From contig ADNK01002363.1 in the NCBI GenBank assembly GCA_000320545.1, positions 62,001 through 126,000 of the forward strand: DNA of 64,000 bases. Reading direction: 5' to 3'. The number at the start of each line of letters is the position of its first letter. Position 1 is the stretch's first letter. The DNA comes from Bigelowiella natans CCMP2755. Its lineage: Eukaryota > Protista > Cercozoa. The position numbers and the translations under genes are program-made. A model generated the notes under the pieces. That model was not told the origin of the DNA and ran no database searches. It was given only the letters and a program-made list of their open reading frames with translations. This document shows positions 1-13,715 of this stretch, piece by piece.

Positions 1-382
1 AGACGGCGAGAAGAGCAATTCTCACCCAACGTATGTGACTGGATACCACAACACGAGCACAATGAGGTACAGTGCCTGTATGTGAAACGACAGGAGCTTG
101 GGGCCTGCACGAGATAGCGAACATGTCAATATCACAACACACAAAAACAAAGACAGCAAGAAAGTAAACTAATATCGTGAGGGAGGCTTCGAATCCACCA
201 TCTCCTGGGTATTATTGCTAAGGGGCTGTAATAGGAAGAATCTACCGAAAACGGGAATCATCCAGGACAGAACGCTGAGGGTGAGGGTGAGGAGGAGGAG
301 GAGGAGGAGGAGGAGGAGGAGGATATAACCGACACATTTCCAAATATCATTTGTTTCGCTGTCTTCGCTGGATTGCTACACT

Positions 383-436
<54 letters not shown>

Positions 437-888
437 TATATTGTTGGATGAGCGCAGATTATGAGCGCAACCACCGGAACAAGATGAGGAAGTTTCTCAG
501 CTTAACCCATGTCGAATCAGGCCAGAGCGTGTCCCATAAACGATATTCCTGTAATAACAGCAACTCTTCAACACACAGAGCCGCGGATTTAATGCCCCCC
601 CCTCCTCCCCTTTTTCCACCCCCACAGCGGCTCACATGCATGTCAGGAATATGAAACGTCGGGGCTCTTTTGAATGAGGGGGGCATTTGGTCCGCTTTCG
701 CCATGGAGAAACAACCACCCGAAGAATATTCTTCTTCGGTGACAGTATCATCTCTGTATTTGTAGGACGGGTGGACGTTGAAAGTCTCCATCCCGATTTT
801 CCTCATCAATCTCTCTTCCCCCACCCCTCATCGGTTACATTGTGCATGGGCTCTCTGGAGGGAGCTTGTTTAGAAGTTTTCAAAGCTG

Positions 889-922
<34 letters not shown>

Positions 923-1254
923 TGAATGTGTTGCGAAATGCTGCCATCCGGTATCGTCGCAGCAGCCCAAAATATGTACCGCGGAAGAACCAAAATCCAA
1001 GGCAAATACGAGTAGCAGGGTGTGGTGTGTCGGTGAAGACGACATTCATGAAGTTAAACATAATATAATATATATATATATATATATATATCGTCAGTTG
1101 CGCAATACGTTCATGAAGGTTTCGAGTCCGCTGCGAGAGTACTGAGGAGCACACACATACACGCACACAGACAGACAGACAACAGATGATACAACTAACA
1201 CCCGAGGGAACCCTCCCATTTTACCACGCAATACATATCTCTCCTCGTTGATCG

Positions 1255-1285
<31 letters not shown>

Positions 1286-1485
1286 GTGTGTATATATGTG
1301 TGTGTGTATGTGTATGTGTGTCTGTGTGTGTGTGTGTGTTATAGATAGGGCAAAGGTCCGGGCAACAACAACAACGCTAGGACAATCGTACGCACAAGGA
1401 ATGTAATCGCCTCCCAGGCTTTTCTTTCGAATTGAAGTGCTGAGCTGCATGCGGCCTGAATCAAACAGCACAACACACACAAATG

Positions 1486-1532
<47 letters not shown>

Positions 1533-1832
1533 TATAAATTTGCACAGCCTATAATGATTCTGCTAGCTCCTTTGAAGCATTACGGGAAGACTTATCCTTA
1601 CCGATGCTGACAGAGATGATTGAGCCTGTTTTGCCTCTTTGAGTTTCATCACATTATTGTGCGCGAAGTCTAGACCTGGGGGAGTTGGAAAGTTATTTCA
1701 GCTACAGAATAGGGATGTCGGTTGTTCGTGGTCGCCTTCTTCTCACCGGAAGAGCCTTTTTGTTCAGGGGAAGCTGCAGCCACGAATGGTGCATCCTTTC
1801 CGGAATCTGAGGATCACAGTGATGATGATGAC

Positions 1833-1866
<34 letters not shown>

Positions 1867-3363
1867 TTGGTGACGATGATACAATGATGGTTGTGACGAT
1901 GGCGGAGTGAATGACGGAAGAATGGAGGTGATTTGGCTGCCAGATCAAGTGGCGTTCTCATCGTCATGCACTACCAATATAAGCGGTCTTGTCCTTAATA
2001 GCCTAGTTGATAGAATTGGTAAATGAGCACTATTTTTGTTAAAACACCTAAAAGTTACCTTTCTGTTGGCCTTGCCATACACGGACATTGGGAACCCGAA
2101 AATTTGCTCCTCCTTGGTAGAAGTAATGTGTGTGTGTGTACAGTACACCAACCAGTCAGACCAAAACAAAGCACGTAGTACAAAATGGATTAGCAACGTT
2201 CGGATTTGATCATTGTAGTACCGACAGGACTTTCAAATCGACAACATCCAGGTTCTGATTAAGTGGAGTGGCGAGTTAGTGCTACGGACATATAATGAAA
2301 CAACTTGTGTAGACGAAGATCCACAAAACATTGTTAGGTAGTGTTGCTTACAGCATTCTCGACAAGCTCCCCGTCGCCAGAGGAAATCAATTCTAGGTGC
2401 ATACGGGTTAAGTATTAGATGAACTGCAGAGTTGGTACTCGTCGTCGATGCAAAAGATCCGTACCACCTTTAATGTACAGATGAGTTTCTCCTTTTGCAG
2501 CAGTTGTCTGGAAGTTCTTGGTGTACTTGAAGATCTTGTTGCTACCTATGATGGCGATGTATAGTGAATGTGTTTACAATTGCGGAGGGGCGAGAGGATT
2601 GGGGCGGCGACAAAAAATTTAACAATGTAGTGTTTCTGTGGTGATCAATATGGATGACGATGTGACGAGAAAACCAGCAGTTGTGGCAGAATATCATTAC
2701 CTTCTTGACTTACATAAAACTCAAGGGTGTACCAACAACTAGCTGCAATTCCCTGAAGTAATTTCCGCATGTTGATTAGTTTTATTAGTATCGATGATTT
2801 TTAACATGTAAATCTTACTGCATCGGCCTTCGAGAATTTAGTCCCTTTCGGAATAGAAAAATCCCATCCGTAGAGCTATTGTGTTGCTTGGAATTAGAAG
2901 GTCAAGCTGGCCTTCCCCAACCGCATATTGCATACACTTATCTCTCCACTAAAACATTAACCTTTCCACCACCGATCATTGTGATTGCTCCGGTGACCTG
3001 GCGAGAAACATCTTACGCACAACTCCAAATGGTACTTGATATAGATGATTCGTTAATAATTACCGGAGTGCTGTTGCGGGTATCATTGTGAACGCTAACC
3101 CGAATGCCCATTTTCCTTCTCGCCTTTGAGACAGCAGTCAAATTGCTTGCTGTTGCTTGCTCGTTACTCTGCGGCGCACTCGCACTGACTAATGCAGGGA
3201 AGGTTTAGATCACTGACTCTGTAGTACAGCTGCAACTACTAAGCCCGTCGCCACCACCCACTGGACAGCAGATTGGTGATAAATTTAGTGAAGGTTTGGG
3301 AGGGTTTTTGCGCGAGCTGAGCTGAATGGTGACAAAATGATCACAATATCTAGCTCTTTCCAT
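1..3363 (-). CDS. Multi-exon hypothetical protein (both ends uncertain; probably runs off the left edge)
   Basis: Open, GT-AG-bounded segments on the minus strand (e.g. VSASAPQSNEQ...RKMGIRVSVHNDTR ~3020-3190; IAIIGSNKIFKYTKNFQTTAAKGETHLYIK ~2470-2560; GEERLMRKIGMETF...LWDTLWPDSTWVKLRNFLILF 459-824). Microsatellite-containing introns lie between those below ~1.9 kb. No family motif recognised. Confidence 0.45.
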
Positions 3364-3472
3364 AGAACTTGGGTCTAATTCGATGTCGCATGGATAAAAC
3401 GGGATGCCTTTCTTCTCATTTTGCAGATACTTCCTCGAAGAGGCTCCTTGCGCTGAGTGGTGGCGGTGCGCT

Positions 3473-4435
3473 TAAGGGGGATTCACTCCCCCGGGTTTTG
3501 GTCGGTGTCATGCTCGGCGGTTTTGCCCCGGCGTCAGCCGGGAAAATTTTTCGATTTCACCCAAAAAAATGCAAATTTTGTTCAAATTCCTCAATGTTTT
3601 CTTCAAAAACCATCCACAAAGTGTCCAGTGAAATTGCCCAAGATGCACATTGGCGGAACTCTTGGCATCGTGTCACTGGGATGTCTTAGATGTGCCCAAC
3701 CCACTTCCCTGGCGCATGCAGATTTGATCAATGCTTTGTTCATCATTCATTGTTCATCATTCCCGCCCTTTCCATCGATGTGTGCACCAGCGTGTGTGAC
3801 TCATCACGTGCGCAGCGTCGATCATCCAGTCGTGCGCGACGTCGCGACGTGTCTAGCTTCAATTTGATGATGAAGTGACAAGTGTGCATCAGAGTGGGAA
3901 GCTGTGAGTGCTTGCGTGCGCGCGCGCTGGGCACGCACAAAGTGCACCAGTGTGCGCCATCGCGCCCACACGTCTTGCTCGTGCGTCCAATTTCAAGCAG
4001 CTCTGGAGCTGCGCGTCGCGCATCACATCCAATCATTCCAGCTTCATTGATTGCCGCATCGGCACCGTGCAGGCCGCTAGGAGCCACACATCGAAAACTC
4101 ACCAAAGTCAAAACCACCAAAAAAAAGCACTTTTTTGGCGCGGAAACGTTCAATTTTGCGAATTTTGGAGTGGAACTTCTGGAGGTGACGGAGTTGCTCT
4201 TGACACGGCCTCTGAGCATGTTTTTTTGAGCCAACGCGCAAAGGGGACCCTTTCCGCGGCACCCAAAGTTTTTGCCCTCGATTTTTTTCCTTGAAAATCC
4301 ACTTTTTTGCACCCCTTTCTGGACAATTCTGGACCTTCTCACACGTCCAGAAGTCTTCTGTGGTGCTTCGGAAGAAGTTTGGATTGGATTCCGAGCATGA
4401 CACGGACCAAAACCCGGGGGAGTGAATCCCCCTTG
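3473..4435. mobile_element. Non-autonomous hAT-like DNA transposon (MITE), 963 bp
   Basis: 45-bp terminal inverted repeats: 3473-3517 TAAGGGGGATTCACTCCCCCGGGTTTTGGTCGGTGTCATGCTCGG vs 4391-4435, with 2 mismatches. 8-bp direct repeat GGTGCGCT at 3465-3472 and 4436-4443. YARNG terminus plus 8-bp TSD are hAT hallmarks. No transposase ORF. Confidence 0.9.
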
Positions 4436-4800
4436 GGTGCGCTTCCACGTGCCCCTTGCTGGTACAACACAGTGGGGTGGGGGGAGGGGGGGGTGTCCTG
4501 CTGTTTGCAGAGATCTGTTCACATGTGCTTCGGTGACACAGCTGACAGGAGGAATGAAGCGGTGATGCAGCATGCTTTTTCCAATCCCCTCGCCTGTCCA
4601 ATTTGCTCCTCCGCCAGAGGCGTGCTTGGACGACCCACATGCTAGACATGGACATCACATTTGCGGTTAGCAGGACATTCATTTGTGGTTGCATGGTGAA
4701 ACTAGTAGAAAATTGTGCACACTGAAGTAAACACGTCGAGAAGTTTGCCGTCTAGGGGCCTGTGTGCATCAATCAGCGCAAAGTCGCATCCTGTCTGTGC
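3473..4800. other. TpA-depleted domain 1 (MITE plus right flank)
   Basis: Hand count: 3 internal TA in the 963-bp MITE (TTAG, CTAG, CTAG). Depletion continues to ~4800 and fades toward the FKBP 3' end. Confidence 0.9.
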
Positions 4801-5224
4801 ATAGCTAGCTAGCTAGCTGTGCAGCAGCAGTGCCGCACGTGCCACCGTGCGCGCTAGTGCGCAACACTTACGTCCCATGGAAAGGTGCATGTCTGGATGC
4901 CATGCATTGCAAATTGCGCATCTTTATGTCATTCTGCGATCGACACGCGTGATGTGCTCGATCATAATGACTACATGCGTGCTACGCTTGCAATTTCGTG
5001 AGCGTGTTCGCAGGCGGCATAATTTGCTATAAGTGCACAGCGGCCATCGTCGGAGCGATGATTAATTGCACCAGTATGATTCTATTCAACGCATTGTTAG
5101 ATTTTGAACATATCAAGATATGTGTGTGAAGCATATGCATCACATGGGAGTAGTCTCTGTGATATCACTGAAGCATCGTCTAATTAAGTTGTCAATATAT
5201 CTAGATGCCCCGATGGATTTTTGT

Positions 5225-7049
5225 TTACTCGCTTGGGGTAATATCGATTAGCTCCACGTCGAACTCCAGGTCGGATCCCGGGGGTATAACGGCTCCAGCA
5301 CCCACTAAGTAGTAATAGAAGAACAATGTCTCAAAATTTTACAATGAAGTCGTATAGCAGGAAAAAAACAATCGGAGGGTTTTGAAGGTAATCACCACGG
5401 AGCGGTATGACGGAGAGGAGTAAAGTAATGTGAGCAAAAATTGTAATCTCTCTCTCTCGCTCTCTCTTGCTCTCTGCAAGTCTTCTTTGTGCGAAAGGAA
5501 GATTTACTTTGTCCATATCCCTTTTCCGAAGGGATCTTAAGGACCGCTCGTTGGCCCTTACTCATTTGGGCGACACCTTCATCCCAACCTTGAATGACTA
5601 CAAGCATACCAATTTGAATCAATTTTCTTCGTGATTTTGAGACGAAAGTTTTACCTTGGCCGACTCCAATTTTAAACTTGAATGGTTCTCCTCTTTCCCT
5701 TGAACTATATTAGAATTGAAGCTATAAGTGCTGTGTGCAATAGACTTTGTGGATTTGAGACCTGTCGAATACTTGGCCGTTTTCGATTAGATTCCCGGTG
5801 TAATGCACGGTTACTGTGTCCCCTATGAAACGTGATTTCAGAGGCTAAAACATGGGTGAAAACAAACTTTTCCAAAGCATCAAAATGAACCTGTTTTGGG
5901 GAAAGTCTCGCCATCACCCTCTTGAGTAGTTTCAACGGAAAGTTCTTTGAGGGCTGGCGGTGCCACTGCAGCATCTACGAGGTTCAACTCGAACTAGAAA
6001 GAGTTTAGAAGATCACATGAGTTCCGACATATTACGGATGGCGAGAGAAAGGGCATTTGTTTTATGACGATTGTTAATAAAGAATACCAACCTGGAGCTT
6101 CTTTCCCGCAAGCGGATGGTTCATGTCGAGAGTGGCTTCAGTTTCGCCCATTTCGGTAACTCGTACAGGGAAACCTTTTGCGCCCATGCGCAAAATTGCT
6201 CCAACACCAACGCCTAATTTAAATGACATATTCAATATAGAATACACAAGTATTTACATATATCATATCCGTGAATATGGGTGTATACTAGGCCTTAGAG
6301 ATATTTTTCAAAGCATGTTAGACAAAACCTTCAGGGAGTCTCTCATTGGGAATTTTGACGATGTTTTCCTCCAGGACAGGTCCAAATGCGTCCTCAGGAT
6401 CCACCTTCACTGTCTTCGTCTCACCTACCTGCAATACGCCCCAATTTAGCCAACTTTATGGGATTATCGGAAACTCCACGTCAGAGTGCTCCAACTCATC
6501 CACCCACCTTCATGCCGACGATGCTGTTCTCGATTCCTGGCATCATTTGGCCTTGTCCGGCGGTGAATCTGATTGGCTCACCACCCTCCATCTCAGTAGA
6601 GCTGATCACTATTATCAAAATACAATATATGTGAAGAATCTTTCGAGGAATGAATGCAGCGAGCCGCCTTATTCGCATTGATACTTTCGCCCTCTTCATC
6701 GAGGATTTTGAAGTGGAGCTTGATCCTGTCGCCAGCTGCTGCAACACCTTCCGCGTTAGCAGATACGGCCCTTCTAGAGCAAGATGTGAATGAACTTCGC
6801 CGAAACATCCCTCCTAGACCAGTGACCCCACGAACACCACGCGAGGTCTGACTAACGGGAGCTCCTGGAAAAAACACTGTCAGCAACTTGGTGGGGGCGC
6901 TGACATCCTCGACGCTTACCGAGAGTTCTGGAACCAGTCGTCGAAGCAGCGACCACAAAGAATGCAACCAACGTTAAGGCGCCGAAGAAAGCTGAAGCCT
7001 TTGTTGCTCTCGTAGATGGGGCAGAGGACAGGCGTTGGTAAGCAGTCAT
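5225..7049 (-). CDS. Plastid-targeted tandem FKBP-type PPIase: bipartite leader + SlyD/SlpA-type FKBP domain with insert-in-flap + FKBP12-like domain
   Basis: Spliced: [24 protein letters not shown] (signal), R/S-rich transit-like region, [61 protein letters not shown]|FELNLV (SlyD-type). Then [77 protein letters not shown] (FKBP12), with stop at 5225. Confidence 0.88.
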
Positions 7050-7644
7050 AGCGAATTAGGGTATGGTTCTAGTCGGCAACTCCGTTTTCCAGCCTACTGG
7101 GTTTCCTTCTAATTTTTACGCTACATGAAACGCCATTGTATTAGATATCGCGACAACGTATTCGCGCCTTTTAGTGAAAATATGCCAACATTTGGCGACG
7201 AGTGGAGTCTTCATCGCTTCCGAGTGTTCGGTATTGTGGCATTGCTCGAGTTGCGTCGATGTTCCCCCGAGATTATCCTGAAAGGCTACGTTCAAATCCC
7301 CGGTATTAGCAGATATTCGAAGCTTGTAGGTGGGGTATGACACTGTGAGCGGGTGGTACCCTATCAATGATATTTCAGGCTTACGACTTCATCTTCGTTG
7401 CTAAAAGTAATGCTTTCCTTTAATGCGACGTGTTTATGCCGCCTTAGATCAAAATAATGACATCTGTTTATTGAAAGACGGGCACAGTTCGAGCATTAGT
7501 TTGTGTCTGAAAATACTCGAAATACCACCACGTTGGCGTAGCTCCAGACGTGCCAGATCTCTGCACCGTGTCGCGGAAGTAGCAGCGGACAAATCAATCA
7601 GTCAACAACACAGCGTCGCTCGCTTACCCCTCCTAAGCAATACC

Positions 7645-8953
7645 ATGTCCAACACCCGACCAAATCACCGGCTGAACAGAATTCTTTCTCACATCCAGCC
7701 TCGCCAGGAAGCGAAGAATGCCAGTGGGAAGTACGGCACCTTCCTGTGAACGCTTCTCTGTGTTTTCGTAGTCATCGCCGGGCACTTTGCCCAATGAGTT
7801 TACCTTAGACCTATAGCGTGAAATCTGAAATGTTAGGTGCAGAGAGATGGATGCTACGTATTTCCTTCTCTGAACCGAGAATTTGATGTTTTAGATCATC
7901 TTTGTCTGTGGTGGACAATCGCAACGGCAAGAAACTTGAAGTATAGTTGATAATCTATCATATCAAATAATCTTCTGTTCGCCATTCCTCAAAGCATGCA
8001 ACAACAACAACAACAACAACAACACACACACACACACACACACACACACTGACTGGCTCACTCACTCAGACAAAAACACTGAACACACTGACTCTCTCTC
8101 ACAGACATAAACATTAACCTTTTTACGGCAACACACATTCAAACACACACACACACACCCACATACAACACAACACAACACAACACAACTCACGCGCAGG
8201 TTCCTATCAAGAACGGTGTTGTCGCAGCAAAACAGTTCTGGAAGCTCGGTCTTCGGTAAGATTGGTTCACATGTATTTATTGGGGAAAGTGAAGTCATCT
8301 CCCTACTTTCAAACATCTTCTCAGTTCGTATGACCCTGGCTACAAGAACACTGCAAGCTGCACGTCCCGCATCACCTTTATCAATGGTGGCAAAGGTAAA
8401 TCGCTGCTACCTCCGATACTGCGTGTTCTTAGCTCTGTCTTGATGAGACGACGTATTGGCTATATAACAGGCCTCCTCGCATATCGCGGCATTCCAATCG
8501 AGCAACTAGCACAAAAGTCTACCTTCTTAGAGGTAGTAGTAGTAATACAGAGTGAATCCCTACCGAGTGATGCTTTCTTGTTTTTGTTGAGGTATCGTTG
8601 ATTTTGTCTACAGACTGCCTATCTTCTGATGAACGGCCAGCTTCCAAACCGGGCTCAGCTGGGGTAATATAATAAGTGACTACTACTGCTACAACTTGTT
8701 TTCTTGCTGTTGTGCTGGTACCCCCCCCTAACGGCCTTCTCTATCAGGGAATGGACTCAGAACATCACAAAGCACATCAGCCTCAACGGAAACTTGAAAA
8801 ATATGATGAAGAACTATCGCAACGATGCTCATCCTATGGGAATGGTGATAACTTTGTCAGCTTTAATCAAATCAATTAACACTCTCCTACTTTTTTCCAA
8901 TCTGATGGTACCTCTAGCCAGGGCTGAGTCTCTGCCTGTTTGTACGCTGAGAA

Positions 8954-8995
<42 letters not shown>

Positions 8996-10508
8996 GATCA
9001 GATTATCAGCACTATAAGCGCAATGTCCACCTTTCATCCTGAGGCAAACCCCGCTATCAAGGGCCAATCAGTGAGTGACTGACCCCTATATCTACCACGG
9101 CTACTAACTATCGCCAACAGCTACTGCCGCTGTGCCCCCTGCTGTGAATCTCTTCCTTGACTTCGTCACTACCTGCTGCTGCTTAAAGGTGTACTCTAAC
9201 AAAGGACTGCGTAACGAGCAGATCTACCGTCTCCTAGGTAAGGAACAATCCTTCGTTGATTTAGCCGCGCTTTTCCTTCCTCCGATCTCCGTTTTCCCAA
9301 TCACATCTCTTACGTGTAATGGATAATGCCCCAGGCTCAATGATCGCTGTCTCGGCCAACGCGTATTGCCACCGACTCGGACGGTAAAGAACGTGTGAGC
9401 TTTGCCTTGATCTGCGAATATTTCATCGACGTTTGTGGTTTTGTTTTACGGTTGACATGTGAAAAATAATAGCCCGCTCGTTGAGGTTAAAGGAGTCAGC
9501 AACGATCCGATGAGCTACACGCAGACATTCCTAAAGATGATGGGCATGAATCCGCACCCAAAACTTGCTCGGTGAGTCTTGTCATTTAAAGTACAGCTCA
9601 GCTCCCTTCACCCCCCCCTTCAATGTTTCCTTCTCCAACCATAATGATTACACCACGGTCTGTGCACGTATAATAACTCGTTTCTTCCGACGAAATACGC
9701 TCAGGGCTCTCGATGTGCTCTTCATCTTACACGCAGACCATGAGCAGAACTGCAGTGCTTCAGGTAATACGCTATCTTCTATCTGACCACGGTCGTCCAA
9801 AATCAGCACAAACCAATCGATCAATTGAGGTGTGTGGAACCTATTCAAACTCACCGAGTTGCTGCTTCCGCCATTTTTGATGCTGCTTGCCAGGCATGCG
9901 ACACCTGACATCAAGTGGGGTCGATGTGTACACCTCCGTGGGAGGTAGTATTTACGAGAACAAAATCAGCAGTGCGTTTCAAAACGTTCGTGATGTCATG
10001 GCGGGCCTCCTCATCCTCACTAGAGCAATAATAATAGCCGACCTTATGCTGCTTTGTACGCAACCACCCGCTCAGGTGCAGCATCTGCATTGTACGGCCC
10101 TCGTCACGGAGGAGCAAACGAGGCCGTCCTGAAAATGCTCGAGAGGATTGGGGTAGTAACAATCAATTGCTGATGATTCTAAACCTTCGTAACTCGCTGC
10201 TGGGGTAGTTTCTAATCATGATGCCTCCGAATGTGCTCGTCGCAGGACAAGAAGAACATTCCTGAATTCATCAAAGCCGTTAAGACTAAGAAGGTAATAG
10301 CAGTCCCATGCGGTCTTCCGCCATTCCTCATTAGTGAACATAAAGTTGATTTTTTGTGTGTGTTTATTGTATTGTATTCTTGTATATGAATTTAGGTTCG
10401 GTTGATGGGCTTCGGACACCGGGTGTACAAGAACTACGACCCAAGGGCCCGAATTGTCAGGAAGCTTGCTGACGATGTAAGAAGACCCAGCTTTCCAATC
10501 GGCACACA

Positions 10509-10573
<65 letters not shown>

Positions 10574-11275
10574 CATCTCAGCCTTTAAATGATGTCACTT
10601 TCTCCGCAATTCAAAATCTTTGGTTACGATTCGCAGGTATTCAGCGTAACCGGTAAAGAGCCCATGATCGAGATTGCTGAGGTATGCTTATCTCTCGCTC
10701 CCACTCCGCAGTGCAACTAGCAAAGGCATAATATATCTCCCCACAGGAGCTCGAGAAGATCGCCCTCTCCGATCCGTTCTTTGTGAAACGCAAGCTCTAC
10801 CCCAACGTGGATTTCTACTCCGGTCTGATCTACAAGGTACCACTGATTTTGCTTCAGGAGTAGTTTCGCATGTTATGTGTGTGGCGGATGATGTCATGAC
10901 AAATCTCCATCTAATCGATGCACAGGCAATGGGATTCCCTACCGACTTCTTCACTGTCCTCTTTACCATCCCCCGCACCGCCGGTAAAGCACAGTTCATC
11001 CTCTCTCTTCCTCGCCTCTCTTTTTCTTTTCCACGACCAATTACGAAGAGTGCCTAAACTTCATGCTACTTGTAACATCGTCAAAAAGGTTGGCTTTCGC
11101 ACTGGAATGAATTCCTGGACGACCCTGAAAACGTCATCGTTCGTCCACGTCAGGTACTGTTGTGTTTTAACGCTGTAATTTGCCTCGGCTGTGCCATTTA
11201 TAGGATGGTTCACCCTATTAGGTGTACCTCGGTCGCAATAACGTCGACTACAAACCCGTCACCTCTCGTCAGTGA
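7645..11275 (+). CDS. CS: Citrate synthase, peroxisomal/glyoxysomal type (PTS2); 3' end may extend to ~11480
   Basis: Exons give [110 protein letters not shown]-terminal RLNRILSHI is an RLx5HI PTS2. Confidence 0.95.
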
Positions 11276-12106
11276 GTGGTGCGGATCTCCAGCGAAGAAT
11301 CATTATAATTACTCAATGGAAAACCCTTACTTTTAGCCTTCCCGATCGTGCACACAGATCGTGTAGGTATATCATCATAATGGATACACGCTAATTTTAG
11401 AATGTGTGTCGAAGACATTGATCATGAGTATACTTCTTGATTTTATCAAAGCTTGTCAACGGCCATACAGCATAACCAGATAGTCCTGTTCATGTTCTCA
11501 TCTATGATTTTCGGCGTGAACGTTCGCTGTACGTAAGCATTGCATGCAAAAAAGTATGTGCACTGCATGTAGTACACAGCGCATGCGCATAGCACATGTT
11601 CAGGCGTTTGTGAGCAAGCATTCACTGCGCAGTGCTCATTGGCGTACGACTGTAGCTAGTTGCAGACTTGCTAGCTTGCATCTAACAGCATTGCTAGCTA
11701 GATGATGAGCAGCCACATGCGCGCAGGCGAGCATATGCACGAACAGTGTATGCCAACACATGCAAGATCGAATGTGATGCTGATCGAGCGCGCTGGCGGC
11801 GAGCGTGCTCATTATGCACATCATTACATCCTCTCATATATCTAGATACGCAGCTGCTAGCAGGTACGTACATACATACATACATACATACATACACATC
11901 ATATACTTAGATCTAGTAGCGAATGTATACTTGCGATCACACCTTAGTTTACACGAAAGCTGGCGCAGACAGTACATGCAAACAAAGCTCCGTGCATTCA
12001 TCTTTTATTTCATTAGTTTCAACGTACAATATGGGGAGGGGAGGAGGGGGGACGGCACATGTATACGATACTCATATGTATACGATACTCATACGTATCG
12101 TGAATG

Positions 12107-12151
<45 letters not shown>

Positions 12152-12212
12152 GGATTAATGAAGTATTTGTTCTCATGATCTACGATCAAATCGAATATAG
12201 GAAAGGACATTT

Positions 12213-13103
12213 TTAGGTCGTTCGTGCTGATGCCTCTATCTCACGATTCATTTGTCCATACACCAAATCTTGATCGGTTAAAAAGTTCTATTTGCATATC
12301 AAATCCAGCATCATGTTGAGGAGAGACCTTAATACCAGTCCAGAGTAGTTTAAGTGAGACGCTCATCGTGGTAATCCGATCTAGGACATGATCCAGGAAG
12401 CTTTGTTTGGATCATTGCATGACTATTTTTGGTATAATGGGTTCTTTACATTGCTATTGTGGGGAATGGAGGCAACATGCGTTGTCCACGAGAATGTCTG
12501 ATTATGTGGTTGTTATTTCATACTTCGAGACATTACTCTCGTGGAGTTTGGACTATCTTCGGATTCCCGTGATATGGGTATCGGTTTAGAACGATTGCGG
12601 ATAGGGACCAGTATTTGCTTTTGAAGATGAATGGAGCTGTCGGGTTTGCCGGTTCGGGAGAGGTGCCTGAAATACCTCATCTTCAAGTTTCGATAGTGCG
12701 AGTTGTTCATGGGAGAGGAAGAGGACTTCTTGGAGGCTTCTATCGAGCGATGAGGTGTTAAGGGTGATATTTGTGATTCTTCTGAAGTGGTAGATAGCTT
12801 GGTATCCGATTTGCTGGCAGAACGGCTCCGAAAGAACTTTTTAGCATTGAAGTTGGAAGTAGGAGGAGAGCCAACAATGAACTCCTGCAAGGGTTCATCG
12901 TCGAAACTCCTTGAAAGTCCGTTTCCCTCAAAGTTCTCAGAGCTATCATTGCTTTGTTGTGAAGGTGGTGTACATCGGTAATTTAGAAATTCTCGTGGCT
13001 CGAGAAGTTTATTTTCAGAACTTGAAGGGAAAGTAGGTTCGAGTGAACCCGAAAGCATCATTTTTGCCTCCATAGAATATGCTCGAGCCCTCATTGACCT
13101 CAT
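12213..13103 (-). CDS. Ser-rich hypothetical protein (3' end approximate)
   Basis: 196-aa open first exon 13103-12513 starting at ATG, followed by short putative exons down to ~12213. No domain recognised. Confidence 0.55.
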
Positions 13104-13715
13104 CGTAGCTAATACTTCTTATAGGTTATTCCTCACGAAAACATTGCACTGAGCCTCAAATATTATATTTTGCCAGTCTAATCAATGTAAATGGTATCTG
13201 CCTCCCCTTACTTTCGAAGACAAATAGAATGGTCGGCTCGGGTTTTGAATGGAGGATCTGTTTGACCCGTCGAGTCCGGAGAATTCTTTCCCTTCCAGAA
13301 TGCCCCCTATTTAGGACTCTTCGACAAGCTGAAAACTAAGTCTTTCAGATCAAATGCTATGAATGCCTTGGATTTTTCCCATTCGGTAATCTTTCGTTTG
13401 TCTATTAATAAGGGCTGTGTGGTAGAAACCTCTTTTTTTAGGACAAAGTACGGACTGTCACTGTACCCCTTCTTGCAGCATCAAAGGCAATCAGAAACAT
13501 GTCACCAACCGCCTGCATTCCCAGGCAATTTTAGGCTAACTTGTATGGGTTCTCCTATGAAGCCACATGTCAATTGTGGACTACTGGCACAGGGGCCTGT
13601 ATTAGGGTTAGGTTCTGAGAAAACCGATAGAAGTTTGGGCAAAATTAGGCTCTTCCCGGAAAATTTCCTCTGTCATTTTTCAAAGCATGCGTTTCTTCTG
13701 CTTCTTGTTTATAAC

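Noticed and set aside
3743-4573. 276-aa ORF and overlapping long ORFs across the MITE
   Set aside because: No domain motif. Long frames are expected where TpA loss removes TAA/TAG stop codons on both strands.
13602-13612. TTAGGGTTAGG telomere-like motif upstream of the Crinkler-like gene
   Set aside because: Under two units, so compatible with chance or a telo-box. No TIR, TSD or Helitron end could be paired around the gene.
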